A stretch of 63,703 bases of DNA, filler included, from Rhabdomonas costata (taxonomy: Eukaryota): the NCBI GenBank assembly GCA_019059605.1. It is 30 parts of 30 records of this genome, joined end to end, with 100 filler letters (N's around TTAATTAATTAA, not from the genome) between each part and the next. Parts side by side here need not be neighbours in the genome. Positions count along the whole stretch, not along the records: positions 48,943 to 50,967 come from JAHMHO010006322.1; positions 51,068 to 53,090 come from JAHMHO010006323.1; positions 53,191 to 55,213 come from JAHMHO010006324.1; positions 55,314 to 57,336 come from JAHMHO010006325.1; positions 57,437 to 59,456 come from JAHMHO010006326.1; positions 59,557 to 61,579 come from JAHMHO010006327.1; positions 61,680 to 63,703 come from JAHMHO010006328.1; 23 more parts are not named here. One strand, 5' to 3'. A program made the translations under genes and the position numbers. The notes beneath the pieces are model-generated. The model was not told the DNA's origin, did not search any database, and saw only the letters and a program-made list of their open reading frames with translations. How positions within the stretch are numbered: the stretch's first letter is position 1; every line of letters starts with the position of its first letter. Below, piece by piece: positions 50,241 to 63,703 of the stretch.

Positions 50241-53200
50241 GTGGCATTATTGTGTCGATCATGTTTGCTTGTTTGTTGTTGCTCGCTCAGTGCTGGGCAG
50301 GAGTTTGGTGAGGGGTGGGTTATAGGCATTTCGTTCCGTTCTCCTGTCTTCTCAGTGTTTTGTTTCCCAAGATATGCAGCAAAAACTGATCTTTTTATAC
50401 AAGTTTTTCAAGAAGGAAAGTGAGACAGCTCTGCGTGAGATACTCAGTTGTTGTGCCTTTTCTCTCTCTCTCTCTCTCTCTCTTTGAAACAAGAATAGCA
50501 CATAAAAAATACTTAAAACAGCGATCCGTGCAAAGATAACATAAAGCTCGGCGAAGGCAATGGGGGAAATGGGAGGTACCAAAGCAGGTAAAAGGTGGGT
50601 CGGGACATGGGTTCAGTAGGAAACAAGGGAGTTTAGTTCGAGAGAGACCTAAGGAGGAACCTAGCGCCCCCTGGGAAAGCGATGAACCACGGACAAGACA
50701 AAAAACACGAACAAGACACCTAACTAAACTTCAATTGACACAACACCAAGTGCACCCTCAGGGAAGAGGAGGGGGGGGGCATCACTCCTGAATGAGGGGA
50801 ACGAACCGCCGAAGCAAGTGTTTGGGCCACCGCCTGACTCGCTAAAACAAAGCGTGAGATCCCCAAAAGGGTCCTGAGGGCCGATGACAGGCTGGAGGTT
50901 GTGGGAGAGAGGCAGCTCAAGGCTTCAATTTTTTCTGCAGGCTTTGGAGCTACACCCAGACAAGAACNNNNNNNNNNNNNNNNNNNNNNNNNNNNNNNNN
51001 NNNNNNNNNNNTTAATTAATTAANNNNNNNNNNNNNNNNNNNNNNNNNNNNNNNNNNNNNNNNNNNNTGTGGGGTGTCTGAAATAAACACTTTTCAGCAA
51101 TTCCTCTACAATACATGGCTTCTGTGAAATGGACATCAAGTTTTCATGGGCAAAGTGTTTGATAAATTTGTGAGCCTTTAGATTGCAAAACTTGCCTCTC
51201 TGAAAGCTAGGAATACATAAACAGCTTAATACAAACACTCGTCAACGGCACAGTGGTCCACATTATCCTCTACATTGAAACGCGAATTCCACACACGCTG
51301 TCACAAGTGACATGGGTTTGTTGTATACACGACAAACCTGAATGGATACAACAGGCTGCTGTAGAATCCGGAGACAACGCAACTGGATGCTTCACTTTTA
51401 CGGTGTGGCGCACCACTGTATGTGGATTGTCCGGAAATTATACCAAATCAAAATATTTGCTCAGCAGTTAAGCCTCCTCTGGATTACCCTTGACCATTAA
51501 ATTATCTGGATTCATTGTAATCACAGCCGACTTCCATCTCTGCAACGCCTGCTCAAACGTCAAATTTACTGGACTGCGTATCAACTGGTGTGCATTATTC
51601 TCTGCATATCAACAACTATGAGCCACATTGTTATGCACTCTGGACGGCCATCAAAATTGTGTCAGTACAGGTCATGTTTTGCACTGCTCATGTGGTGAAC
51701 TTTGTACACGGCAAAGCAAACGTTGTTTCCATCTGGAACTCTGTAAACCCACGGCAACCACACTGCACAAAGTGGCCTCTTTCACCTCTAGTATAGTGTT
51801 GGATTTAGAATGCTGCGATTATTTTGTGTAGGTGCGTGCGCGCCAATTTTAGGCGGAAGCCTAGGGGTGTTCGTACTACCACATGTTTGTATTAGAAAGC
51901 CATACAATGGAGTTGGTATGGACAACACGGGCAACCGAGCTGGAGTTACCAAAAGATCAGGAGCAGCGCTTAACACTTTTAGAAGATCATTCGCTGTGAG
52001 CTGCCCGGAGTTTTTGAAAACAAAGGACCGTGAAGGCGAGGGCATTTTAAAGGATGAAGATGCTCCTGGCGATGGGTTTCGGTTGGCTGCAATTACGAGC
52101 AGCTCTGAATAACCGCTTCAAGGCGGGACACCGGACAAAGATGGAAGTCCCGAAGAAATGGTGGGTCAGCCAATTCAAGTCGGCGGGAATAAACTGCAGC
52201 AGGGCGCGGGGAAGGATCCCAACAGATATTTGCAAAACCACATCCGGTTATGAGGCAGTGACAGTGGTCTGGCGTTCAGGCCCAAAAAATAGGCGCTTTT
52301 TGATGAACCAGACGCGTGCGGGCGTCCTTTTTAGAATTCCTTCCGCCCTTTTGTATGTTCGTTCTGCGGCAAGTTTGTGTTACGGACTCCGGTCCGCACA
52401 AGTATCCGCGGGCTGGTCAGCACGGTCCCGTCCTATCCGCCGGGTGGCACCGCGGCGCGGCGGCCGAAGGAAAGCAGGAGTCAAGAAGAGATACTCGCCC
52501 CGGCGTTGCCGCACCGGCCGGGTCTTTGGAACCGGACCAGCCACCCAAGAAAAGCCAGACATAAGACCGGCCATCTCTGATTTACGGTTCGCCAAAACCC
52601 CCGCGCAGGACGATTTGGTGCTTTTGTGCTCCGGCTATGCCCTTGCCCAAAATCCTCTGCCGTGGTGTGCCGTTCTCCGGAAGTCCCCGAACATCTCGAC
52701 AAGACTTGGCTCCTAAGACTAGTTCGGTGGTTTGGGCCCATTTCTCAGCCACAAAAAAAACCAGAAAACTTGCGGACAAGCAGGGCAAAAAGCAGCAAGA
52801 CAATAATAATAACAACAATAAGGGGCGGCAAGCTTCCAAGCACCAGGGACGAGGGGGGAACGGCACAAGGAGCACACACTCACGGGACACAGGACTGAAG
52901 AAACGGAAGCGGAGGCGCGTGGGGGACACGTGCTCGAAGGTTTTTGCGAAGATGCCTGGACCAAGGTGGCCGTGAGTCCACATAGCAACCCAGGAAAACG
53001 CGTTTCCTGTCGGAAAAAGTCCGGCGAACCGGTTTACTCCTACCGGGGTCCAAAATTCTCTGAAAAATACTCCACATGGGCAAAACCACANNNNNNNNNN
53101 NNNNNNNNNNNNNNNNNNNNNNNNNNNNNNNNNNTTAATTAATTAANNNNNNNNNNNNNNNNNNNNNNNNNNNNNNNNNNNNNNNNNNNNCTGCGGTTTC

Positions 53201-55628
53201 CTCGGTTGATGACATCTCAATGGTCTTTCGTACAAGTGTCATGCGTGATTCAACGTCACCCATAGGCTGCAAGTGAACGCCCCCGTGAAGACAAGCCCCA
53301 CCAGGACAACACTTACCCAGATGGGAACGGTGCGGGACATGAGACCGAAAGGCACACAAAAAACACTGATTAATACTCAGCTAAAAGAACCAACAAAGGA
53401 AAACGTAAGCAAATGTGTGAGCAAAGGGAACAACCAAAAACCGCTGTCTGCATGGTTCCGCTGCGCGAGTGCAAACCAGAAACAAAGCATTCACATTTTG
53501 GAGGCAAGAAGGAAGGCCAGACCGGGACATCTGAAAGGCAGCAGGAGGTACCAAGGAGGTCTAAGCTGTGGTTAGTAGAAGCTCGGGCCTTGGGGGTAAC
53601 GCCAGGGAAACCGGCCTCGCGTGACGCTTTGTCACTTTGCTGTCGTCAGGTGCAGGTTTGCTTCACTGATGAAGTTCTCTTTTTTATTTCTTCTCGCTTC
53701 GCGTGCACGCGGGAGTGAGACATAGAGCAACCACCCAACGTTGCAAAAAAAAAACCCACCACGTTTTAGGCAATTACGAGGCAAATAGGGGGCGGTATGA
53801 GGCGGCATCTTTGCAACATTTTGTTGATAACCCTGCCCTTGTGCCTTCGTGAACACGAAGCTGGGAACCAGTGGAGCAGGTTACATACGCTTACAGGCCC
53901 CTTGGATGGAATTTCAACAGAGCGCAAAGCTCTGCACCGTCTTTTTTTGACTCAACAACAACAATTTGTTCCTGACGACAGACAATAAAATAAATGTTTG
54001 ACTCTCTGATGTCGGTGTGGGAACTAACACAATGCACTTTCCAGCTTTCCAGCTTTTACTGAGTTGCTATTACTGAGTGCAGTTTATTTTCCGTGTGGGC
54101 TAATGGTGCGGTTTTTGACAAGAAGCGAACGAAAACTCGGCTTTGGAGCTTTCTCAACTCACCGAAGGGAGGGAAGCTCTTGCGGGTGCTGGTTGTTTAA
54201 GGCGGTTGGCAGCTCCGGCTGAAGGACGCCGTGAAGTGTCTGAGGGTGCAATCATGGGGTCGGATAATAGAAGTGAACCATGTGTGACAGTTCCCGGCAC
54301 CTTCACGAGGTCGAGTAGCCAGTGGCCGGCTGCCACCGCTGTTAGAAAGGACGCCAGATATGGGACGCCTGATATCCTCGTTGTGCAACTGCTTCCGCCA
54401 GAGTTTCTCATTCCCCATGCGCCCTGGGCTCAAAGTGGACCCTCTCCTTGATGCTGCCCAAGGAGAAGCTCTTCATCCCACTCATCCAGGTTGTCACGAT
54501 CCACACGGGCGGGCCCAGGGTGCTGGAGGGGCTGCGTCAGTCGCTTGGATCTACCGTGGAGCGCTTCCGTGCCTCGTGGAAGGGCGGGTGGCGGAGAACT
54601 GTAACCTTTCCGGTCGAGCAGCTTGGCTTGGTGGCATTCCATCTCGCACGTGCCTTGAAGTCCGTCATGTGTCTTCTTTGGAAGAAACCGGGTTCCCGTC
54701 CGCGTCAACATGCACGACCGGTTTGTTTGGCAAGGTCGTTCCTTGGTGATCTCTCCACCTGCGGGAGAAGGCGCACGGGCGCCTCGTTGTTCACGCAGAC
54801 GCAGACGTCAAAGTACTTGCAATAGCAGGGGTCAGCACCAAAACAGCTTATACAAGAAGAAACGAAAGGAAACCAGCAATGCAGACTGAACAGAACTGCT
54901 GCGTGGGGTCACCGAAAAATTCACAAGAAGGAACGCGAGAAGAAATGAAACGGTAAACCAGAGCGAACGAAAAAAACAAACCAGGAGGCAGGGACGTGGC
55001 CTTCTCGAGCTCGGCCTGTGTTTGTGTGGTGGTGAGATAGACTCTGCAATTGAAAGATCATTTCCCGCCACAGTCCCACGACTTTTTTGTCTTCCAAAAA
55101 CTTCCTGCCTTTCCATCGCCAGGCTACTTCCATCTTTTCATCTACTTTTTCTCGCAAAAAGAAATTCGGCAAACATTGGCATTAAAACGCCATTAAAACA
55201 GCACTGAAGAGTTNNNNNNNNNNNNNNNNNNNNNNNNNNNNNNNNNNNNNNNNNNNNTTAATTAATTAANNNNNNNNNNNNNNNNNNNNNNNNNNNNNNN
55301 NNNNNNNNNNNNNTTAAGAAAACCCGAGACTCCTCTGCCTTATTTGGTTGCCTCAGTAGCCTTTCGTTTTGGACAGGTCAACACGATCTCATGGGAAACT
55401 ATACAGCATTGTGGCAATACACAAACGTGAGCTCGCGTTGGAGGTTGCTCTTTTATTTAGCTTGTTTTAATTTGTATCCCACCTATTCGCTGCAGCATCT
55501 GGTGCTCTGATTCTTTGTCTGCTTAGGTCGCCTTCGGCTTTTTTTACCAGCCCTGTGTTAACTGCTGCATCGAACGTGGGTTCGACCACAGTTCAGCTGT
55601 TCGTTTTCACGACCTGCAGCGGCTGCAG

Positions 55629-56233
55629 ATTTTTTAATGACCGCTTGCTAGAAGTTCAAGTGCCGTGGTTGAAGGAACAACTTCTGCATTCTAAAGCTGA
55701 GCACCGCTTTCTTGTCACTCATGAACCACTTTTTGGGCATAGTGCAGGCACGCAGCGGTCACGAAAGAGGCCGAACAAGGTTTTGGTTTCACAGACTGAC
55801 CAGTCTGTTACCGAGTTGTTCTCGGCGCTTGCGGAACAACACAATGTTGCGGTGTGTCCAACGACGCCAATTTCACTGTTGAACCTGGAGTTTTTTTCAC
55901 CACGACTTGTCTTCCTCATTTGAATTTCCCGCCTTGGAGGGGTTTTTCCGGTCGCAGGCTGTATTTTCGGGAGATGTGCACTTTTTGGAACTTCTGAAGT
56001 TCAATCGGACACTGCAAGTCATCTCGGGAGGGGGCGGCGGCATGGTTTTGGACCGACCTGCTCGGCGGCACCCACATTCCTTGTTTGTTGCTCGGAAGAC
56101 AGGCTTCACGTTCCATGAGCTGTACCCGTCTCCGCCGCACTTATTCACTTGGGTTGTTGACGGAAAAAATGGAAACGTTTTGTTCTTCAATGACCATCCT
56201 CTGAGCGTGGGACATCCAGTGATTTGTGAGTAG
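55629..56233 (+). CDS. Calcineurin-like metallophosphoesterase (purple/tartrate-resistant acid phosphatase-like), 3' part; exons 55629-55851, 55958-56233
   Basis: QVPWLKEQL..SKAEHRFLVTHEPLFG...HNVA|AVFSGDVHFLE...QVISGGGG...GF. Confidence 0.8.
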
Positions 56234-57439
56234 ACTTGCGCTGCTTTTAATTTCGAGGTCTTTGACCCATTGAGTTCAGCAATAATGTGGGCGCGGGAAT
56301 TTCGTAAAGAAACGTTTGATCGGCGGTTGACCCGCTCAGCGCATTTCCCAGTCCTATCCCTGTTTGGTGCCCAAGTTGCAGTAATTTTGGGATCGTTGCT
56401 CCTTGGGATGGGCACAATCCAAGAAAGTCACAGAGCCATCTATTTGGTGAACATTTGGGTTTGTGTGACAGTCTGTTGGGACCTTGTTGTTTGGTGAGAC
56501 AAAGCTTTTGCCGTTGCACTCTGTCACCGTTGTTGTGTGGTGCTTCCTCCTTCCTACTTCTTTTTCAGAATTTTACTGCCGAAACACTCTTTCAGTAATT
56601 GTTCACACCTTGTTCACACCTTGAATGCATGAAAAGCGAAGCGACATTAATTTACAGTAGCAGTAGTACTTTAAGGAGAAGGAGGGTTAGATGATGTTGA
56701 CTCTTGATGCTAGAGAGCATCAGTGTGCACTATGTTGTTCTGTTTATTTTCTGGCTTTTTGTGTTATTGGATCCAGCTGTGCTCCTTTCTGCTGCTTTGT
56801 CATTTGGAATAAATCTGCAAGTCGTAAACAAAAAGTTTGAAGTCCTATATGGAAAGCCATGCCAGGATTTCTGCGAAGTCGTGAGGGCTTTGAAGAGCTC
56901 TCAACTGGACCTTCTGGTATTACTCAGCCAAAATACCGCAGCAACGTTTTTGCGGGTTTGGAGAGGATTCCAACAAACAACAAGTACCTCTACCACCTGC
57001 GGCCCTGGGACTCCACTCCATCCGTGGTTTACGTGGATCATGTACACCGTCGTGATTGGTGGAAGCTGAACCCACCCACTATGACGGTTTGTCTGCTGTG
57101 GTTTTATTTCTTCTCGCGTTCCTTCTTGTAAATTACTTCGGTGACCCCACGGAGCACATGTAGTTGTCTGCAGTTTGCTGTGTAACGTTTGGAATGGCGA
57201 ACATGCTGTCTTATTCCGTTGCAGCGGGTGATGTTGTTTCTCGCCCTGGCGGTGCTGGTGCAGTTCGTGGTGTCGTTTCTTCCTCTCTTGGCAAATCTGC
57301 AGCTCCTTCAAATCCGGTACGTATTTCTTTTTCTTTNNNNNNNNNNNNNNNNNNNNNNNNNNNNNNNNNNNNNNNNNNNNTTAATTAATTAANNNNNNNN
57401 NNNNNNNNNNNNNNNNNNNNNNNNNNNNNNNNNNNNGTG

Positions 57440-59450
57440 TTGGGTGTAGCTGGAGCCCTGGCGTCGGTTCAGCGGGGGGGGTCAACCCCTCCACCTTCCG
57501 CTGCCTCTGCGCCCACTTCGACCGCCTCGCAACCGGCGAAGGAGCCTGAGCTCGTGGGTGTGCTTGCAATGCTTGCCATCCCTTTCTTCGGCCGCCGTTC
57601 ATGCCAACCACTGGTTGGGCAATACCTGCATACCAGGATATCACTGGGTGGACGGAGCGGCGGGAATGTGGGCTACCTGCCATCCTCCTTACAGCAAATG
57701 TGGATAGTGGATAGGCAGATCATGTGTGGAAAAGAAGCATCAAGGAGAGCAACGCAAGACAGAAGTAAGGATGTGGTCGAAGAAAAAATGGGAGAAGTCG
57801 GGCTGGGATTAGAAGACGATACCATCCCGAATGAACAACATACAGTAGGGCAACCAGGGTTAATCATGCGTGGTGGATGAAGGTGGCCGCTCTGTTTCTT
57901 GTTGCCCACTCAATCCGCCCGCTACCTCTCAGGCGTTTCTAAAAGTAAGGCACTCCGACTCGTGCTTGTTTTTGTGTGGTGGGAACACGACGAAACGTCT
58001 GTCAGTATGAGAGGTTACCCAAACCTAAGCCAGGGTCATGCGCTGGCACTGCGAAGGGTTAGGAGCTACACAGCTCTGGCGATGGCAGTGCCACCAAACC
58101 AGTTTTCGGAGCAGATCAACAGATCCCCTGCGGGCAGGATGCGGGTTAGAGAATGACACGTGCATCTCATTCTCCTCCAGAAGGGGAGGTCTACTTGGTG
58201 CGGTACAAGGGCGATGGCCAGCTGTACCGTGCGGAGGTTCTGCGGGTGCGCCCCTCTGCTCGCACGGCCGTAGTGCTATGGCTGAACTACGACGAAACCG
58301 AGGAGGTGCCCGTGGCCAGCATAGCCCGTCGGGCCCCCACGGCGGAAACCGAGGCTGGGGTTGGCGGAGGTCCCTCCACCGCTTCCAGCAGCCCCGCTGC
58401 CGAGGCAGCACCGTCCGCGACGGCCACTGAACGGGCCGTGATGCACGTGGAGAAGCATCGCCATGGGCTACTAATTGGGAAGGCTGGGGCCACCCTTAAG
58501 GTACTTTCACACACGAACGCACCCGTGGCTGACTTCAATGCTTGCAAAGACACCCGCCACACGAACATCTTGAACCTTGAAAAATCGGAACGAATCAAGA
58601 AGCGAAAAGGCATCAAACCTGCTGTGGCAGAAGGGTGTCTTCAGAGAAGAAGAAGAAGAAGAAGAATCCGGAAGAAACACAACGAAAACGCAAAGAAGAA
58701 GAAGAAACCACAGTGAAAACGGAAAGATGAAGCTTGTGGTTTTTTTGAACGTGGCGAACAGACAACAGATAAAGGAAGTGAGTGGTCCCGAAAGCATTGT
58801 ATGCGTTGGGTCTCTCGACAATCCGATAATCTGGAAGTCAATGATGGTAAGCGACCGATGTCGAAGAGCTCGTTCTGGATCTGTGGAGTTGGATAGATTC
58901 AGTTAAATTGTGAGAGTTGTCCCCCAACCCCTTCCTCTGCCGCACGCTAGAAGTTGGCTCCAACCGTCTTCAGAGTAGATACGTACGCACCCTTCCGGCC
59001 AAACTCGTCAGAGAACAACGTCTGAGAACAACGGGGTGTCGACTTCCCGCTCATCTTCAACTGCCTGATATTTGCCGGATGTAATACTTCTGCCCCGTCT
59101 CAGTCACCAAAGTCGTTGGAAAAATAGCATCAGACCCACAACCACTGTCACCGGTTTCTGCTTCAGCCACAGTACACCACAGCAGGATGCGACCGAGTAT
59201 CCAGCATCCGATCCTGCTTCCCTCGCCTTCTGCGTGCTTCACCCATACGCACACGTACAGCGGCTGCGCGAGGCCTCAGGGGCTCAGATCACCATCCCCG
59301 CCCGGGCGGACCCCTCCGAGGCCATCACCCTCACTGGCACCGCCCCTCAGGTGGAGCGCGCCCTAGTCCTCCTCGAGGAGCTCCTCTCTGCCTCAACCCA
59401 CGCCGCCCATCCCCCGCAGTCCCGGCGACAGCAAAACCGGGGCGCTCCAC
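57440..59450 (+). CDS. Tudor + KH domain protein (partial); exons about 57440-57557, 58181-58500, 59261 to contig end
   Basis: Tudor: EGEVYLVRYKGDGQLYRAEVLRV...VLWLNYDETEEV. KH: HVEKHRHGLLIGKAGATLK|RLREASGAQITIP...ITLTGTAPQVERA, with a GxxG loop. Confidence 0.88.
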
Positions 59451-60171
59451 AACCCCNNNNNNNNNNNNNNNNNNNNNNNNNNNNNNNNNNNNNNNNNNNN
59501 TTAATTAATTAANNNNNNNNNNNNNNNNNNNNNNNNNNNNNNNNNNNNNNNNNNNNGGTTGGTTGGGAACACCGCGCTTAGCCGGCAGCTGAGGTGGAAA
59601 TTTGTTGAGCAGTTCTAAATGAATCGTCCGATGACGGTTTGACAATGTAGTTACGGGGCATCGAGTCAAGCAAACAGGTCCGACCCGTCAATGTGTCAGT
59701 GTCAAATTACTTTTGGAAAAGGAGTTTGGGTATTTTAGTAGTAGTTTGGGTAAACTGTGCCCGGAATAATGCATCTGCCCCCTCACCGAAAATGCAGAAA
59801 AGGAGACAAGTGAAGCAAGTGGAGAGCACAAACGGACAGCCGGCTAAGCGCGGTGTTCCCAAGGACAGAAGACGAAGACAGAGGACAGAACAAAAGACCG
59901 GAAGGTGAGCGGCGCGGCCCCTACATTATGAGTACGCTCCCCCGAAAGGAGGTGCAAGCCACAACCGAACCTTCACACACCACCAACAGCCACGTAACCT
60001 ACGAACAACAGGGCCGCACCGCTCGACAGAAAAACAAAAACTTAGCAAGAAATGGAATGCAAAACGCTTCCAGCGACTGCACAACGGACAATGGCAGAGC
60101 ACAATGGTGGAACCGGCAAGGCAGGCACGACGGTGGAGGAAGAGGGAACAGCACGCCGCGTGGCGGCGGCG

Positions 60172-61050
60172 TCACGGCCGGGAGGGAGCTGAGGTGGCAG
60201 TCTTGAGCAGTGCCACCAACTCGTGCTTCTCGCAGGCACCCGTGTAGTCCACCCCAAGCCTATTTTGCAGTGGGTTTTCATCGTGCCCGGATGGGTCCGC
60301 ATCCACACACGCATATATAGTGTGTGATTGGGACTGCCTCGACATTGAATTGGGAACGTTTCTGCCATGGAGCAAGGTGGACTCAATACTCGCCAAGTCA
60401 CAGCTGATCGTCGCCCACCTTCGTCCCCCCTGTCTCAGGCAGGGATACCGTGTGAAAAGTGCGCGCTCAGAATGAGAACGACAATCTGAGGTATACTCCA
60501 AGAGCACACTGTCGGTCCAGAAGCAGCGGGAAGAAGCCATTTACATTTCACCCCCTGCTTGGGGTCGTACCCATTGTCGCCAATATGTGTTCATCGGCAC
60601 CGTTGCCATCACGAGTCAGAATGAGCCATCGCATGCCCACACCGGCCCGAACTGGACTCTAGCTTCGGTCCCAACCCACTCTCGCATAAAAAAGCAAAGG
60701 CGCCAGCTTCAGACAAACACAGTCCACTACGGCACACTGCACAAGCAACCACCGCGCAGTGATGCGTTTCGGAGTGGAGGATTCCAGCTCATTCATGCAC
60801 ACAAAAACGCATCCTATGCCATCACACAGCTTTTCCACCACCACAATTGCGAAAGAAACAGAAACAGAAAGTTTGCCCATGCCCTTCTGAACGCCATTTG
60901 CCCCCACACACACTATCCCAGAGCCAAGGACCTGTCCAGGCGGCGCTTAAGCTCCGAGGAAGACAGCGTGCTGGGATCCGTATCTGCGGCGGGTGGTGGA
61001 GACGGGGAGGCCGACGATCGCGGGCTGTGCACCGGGGCTTCGCAGGGCTG
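60172..61050 (-). CDS. C-terminal SAP-like (ARMET_C-type) domain; exons about 61050-60932, 60259-60172
   Basis: STLSSSELKRRLDR|LGVDYTGACEKHELVALLK...*. Confidence 0.72.
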
Positions 61051-62337
61051 GCTCTGCCACCCCAACACCCAACCCATCTCACACTTCACCATCTCACACA
61101 TCGTCGCACAGCACTCAGAAAACCCGAAATACTGAGGGTTCACGCAAAAATAATCACTGGTACATAAATTCTAATGGCGTACCATGTGATTTTGGCAGCG
61201 AGGACGATCTCACCCATAGAAACGAAAGCGCATCGCACGATGGGTGGCGATGATCTACGGCTTCTTTGCCACACCATGTCCAGCTCTCCGTGGATCTCAC
61301 CAAATGGCGAGGGGGTTTTCTTTGGCCTTCATCGGCGCAAGGAAGCATTTTTGATGGAAACCATGAGAAAGTACAGTGCGAAGCGAGTCGATGGGTGGGT
61401 GGGGTGCACAGTCAAAGTGCACAGTCTACAGAGCAATTCATGCGGTCACAGCAAACGTGTGGCGACAAGAGTAAAGTAAGGTCCGGAATGGAAGTGGACA
61501 ATGCACCTCGAACGGGAAGGAGCACAAAAAAGAGAGAGCTGACCCAACTGAAACCCGTGAGAAACGCTTCCCACAAACANNNNNNNNNNNNNNNNNNNNN
61601 NNNNNNNNNNNNNNNNNNNNNNNTTAATTAATTAANNNNNNNNNNNNNNNNNNNNNNNNNNNNNNNNNNNNNNNNNNNNGGGGGTTGTGTGCACACGGTG
61701 GGTGCATCAGCGGCTGCTCTGGACTTCGGATCAAGGCCTGGCAACTTCGGCACACCGAGTCTGCTTGCCATGAGGTTGTATGGATGGATGGGGTGAGTTG
61801 GGGCTTCCCAGAAGCTTGCCATCGTGCGCAAGTCCCTCCGAGCCCGTGACTCTGCTCTTTGAGGCCTCTTCAGAGTTGCGCCAGTGGTGAGTGTGGTGGT
61901 AGTCACCAGAACAGCGGTTTAATGCGCCATTGAGGTTCCGAAGAACAAGACGTCCTAATAACAAGACGTATACGCAGAAATACGTTAAGATTCAGGGCTA
62001 CCACCTTCGGTTGGAATGGAGGCTGTTGAAACGACGGTTTTCGCATTTTTTGTGTGGTAATGCGGTGGTTTTCGACGGGTATTCAGGAAGAGCCATGGAG
62101 GTCCTAACCGTGAGGATGTGGGGATATGACGTGAAGTGTGCGCAATTTTCACGGAGCATCGTGTGCTCCTGTCGCTCGGGATCGGTGATGCTACACAGTT
62201 TAAGCTCTGCTAGATCTGCTAGTGTTCACCGCACCGGCACCTCCACCCCACCACGTGGGCAATCGGGCTCTATTTCCACCAAGAAGCCCGCAAAGATGAA
62301 CGAAAATGGGCTGGAAGAGTGCACGGCAATTTCGCCT

Positions 62338-62478
62338 CTCTTTCTCTCTGTCTCCTTCTCCTTCTCTTTCTACTTCTCTTTCTCTTTATTTATTTATAAA
62401 TTTATAAATTCATTTATTTCCTTCCTTCCTTCCTTCCTTCCTTCTTTCTTTATTTCTTTATTTCTTTATTTCTTTATT

Positions 62479-62510
<32 letters not shown>

Positions 62511-62532
62511 TATTTCCTTCTTTCTTTCTTTT
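62338..62532 (+). repeat. Compound pyrimidine-rich microsatellite (TTTC/TTCC/TTTA)n
   Basis: Visible tandem units. Confidence 0.93.
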
Positions 62533-63703
62533 GAACTCCGCAATCATTGCGCCTTTGTCCTCCAAACCTTTCTTCCTGCACATGCTTTAAGGCTCGTGAG
62601 TATTTAATCGAGTTGTATGGGGCTCGACAACTGTGAAGGTTTTCGGGTGTGATGGGTCGTATTTTCAGATGTAATGAAACAACTCTTCTTATTGACTCTC
62701 TTTATTTTCAAAATTGTGCGCTATGTATTCCGAACGCAATGAACTGACGCGACATCCACGTTAACCACATGCTGTGCTCAGCCACTAATGACGGTCAGTG
62801 TAGCTTGCTACACCGAGGTGTATGCCAGCGGAAGTGGGGAGTGGAATGTTTTGTTGTTTTGAGAGTGCAAAGTGCATAACTCACTACGCTGAAGCTTTCT
62901 AATGCTCATCCGCTCATCCGTGTTGAATGCTTTGAGCGCAGGTGGACCACCCACTTTGGCACTTTGCTGAGTTTTAGCTGTTGCGAGATTCCCACTATTG
63001 CAAGAACAAGTAAATGTCTTCTTTTTGTGATGTGTGTGGTGATCAAAAACTTCACTAGTCACATCTGATAAAAAGGGGTTGAAAGGATACCGTAAAAATA
63101 TCATTAAAGCGGTGGTTCTTTGAATACCATAAAAGTAGATTCACGCTGGAGTTTGCCGTCGTGGAGACCACTGAGGTGTGGGGTCATACTTCCATGGCGT
63201 CTTTTGAGAGAAAAGCGCTGGAGAAATTCATGTTACACTAGGCTGTTTACTCAAAATTGTTGTGCGGTGTTTCGACGTGCCTCTCTTTAGCGTTGTGGAT
63301 GTACCTGAGTCGGTGGGTTGTGATGGAGGAACTACAATGATTGCCGATTGTGTGGACTTGTAAATGGCGTGCCCAGAATTTGCAAAAAACAAAAAGAGCA
63401 CATTTTGTCAATTGTTTTTGAATCTACTTTCCAACTGCTGGAAATAGCACTGTGCTCATTTCCTCTTTCATCAAACACACAATAGTATTTGCCAGTAGAA
63501 CCAAAGCTATTAGCACAAAGGCCACTCCATTCAATTGCTTAATACCAAGACTAATATATCTGTGTTCCACTCGCTTTTATTAGAGTATACTTGTTCCTTT
63601 GTCATCTGCTGATTCGTACAATATCCAAGGCACGTGTTCTAGTGTTCTCGCCTTTTTTCTTTACAATTTCTCTTTTGACCTCCACGCATTCTCCACAAAA
63701 CAA

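Noticed and set aside
54154-54825. BRCT-like motif FLTAVAAGHWLL
   Set aside because: A single short motif in interrupted frames, too weak to call.
2072-61635. Regularly spaced TTAATTAATTAA as a CRISPR-like or biological repeat
   Set aside because: It is always embedded in 44 N on each side, so it is an artificial six-frame-stop linker.
6-63104. Most ORF-track entries, including those ending in X...LIN
   Set aside because: They are shadow frames, intron read-through or run into linkers. The real genes here are spliced.

Overview
This window is not one locus. It is 30 unrelated contigs of about 2.02 kb (one 2.10 kb), joined by 100-nt artificial linkers (44 N + TTAATTAATTAA + 44 N). Most contig ends carry G/T-only or A/C-only tails and several end in fold-backs, which points to whole-genome-amplified (probably single-cell) DNA. 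Most contigs come from an intron-rich, flagellated eukaryote, probably a euglenozoan or euglenid (inferred from GTRTG-type and GC donors, TTAGGG repeats, a dynein insertion and a candidate AGA-box snoRNA). Spliced gene fragments I could reconstruct: hemerythrin-domain protein, CocE/NonD hydrolase, SDR16C-type dehydrogenase, U2SURP-like CID protein, two ABCG transporters, axonemal dynein heavy chain, Hsp110/Grp170, J-domain protein, metallophosphoesterase, Tudor+KH protein and a SAP-like domain. The standout is contig 6381-8406, a very AT-rich relic of a giant virus (Nucleocytoviricota). It holds broken major capsid protein, RPB5-like, NifS-like and CoiA-like genes, and the CoiA-like gene is cut exactly at (GGGTTA)3 telomeric repeats, as expected of a decaying endogenous giant-virus element. 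Also notable: a box C/D snoRNA whose guide predicts the LSU site equivalent to yeast Um898, a 1910-bp circular or tandem unit, a possible VIPER/TATE-like RT relic and a possible mitochondrial-code insert. Family assignments come from motif recognition, not database searches.
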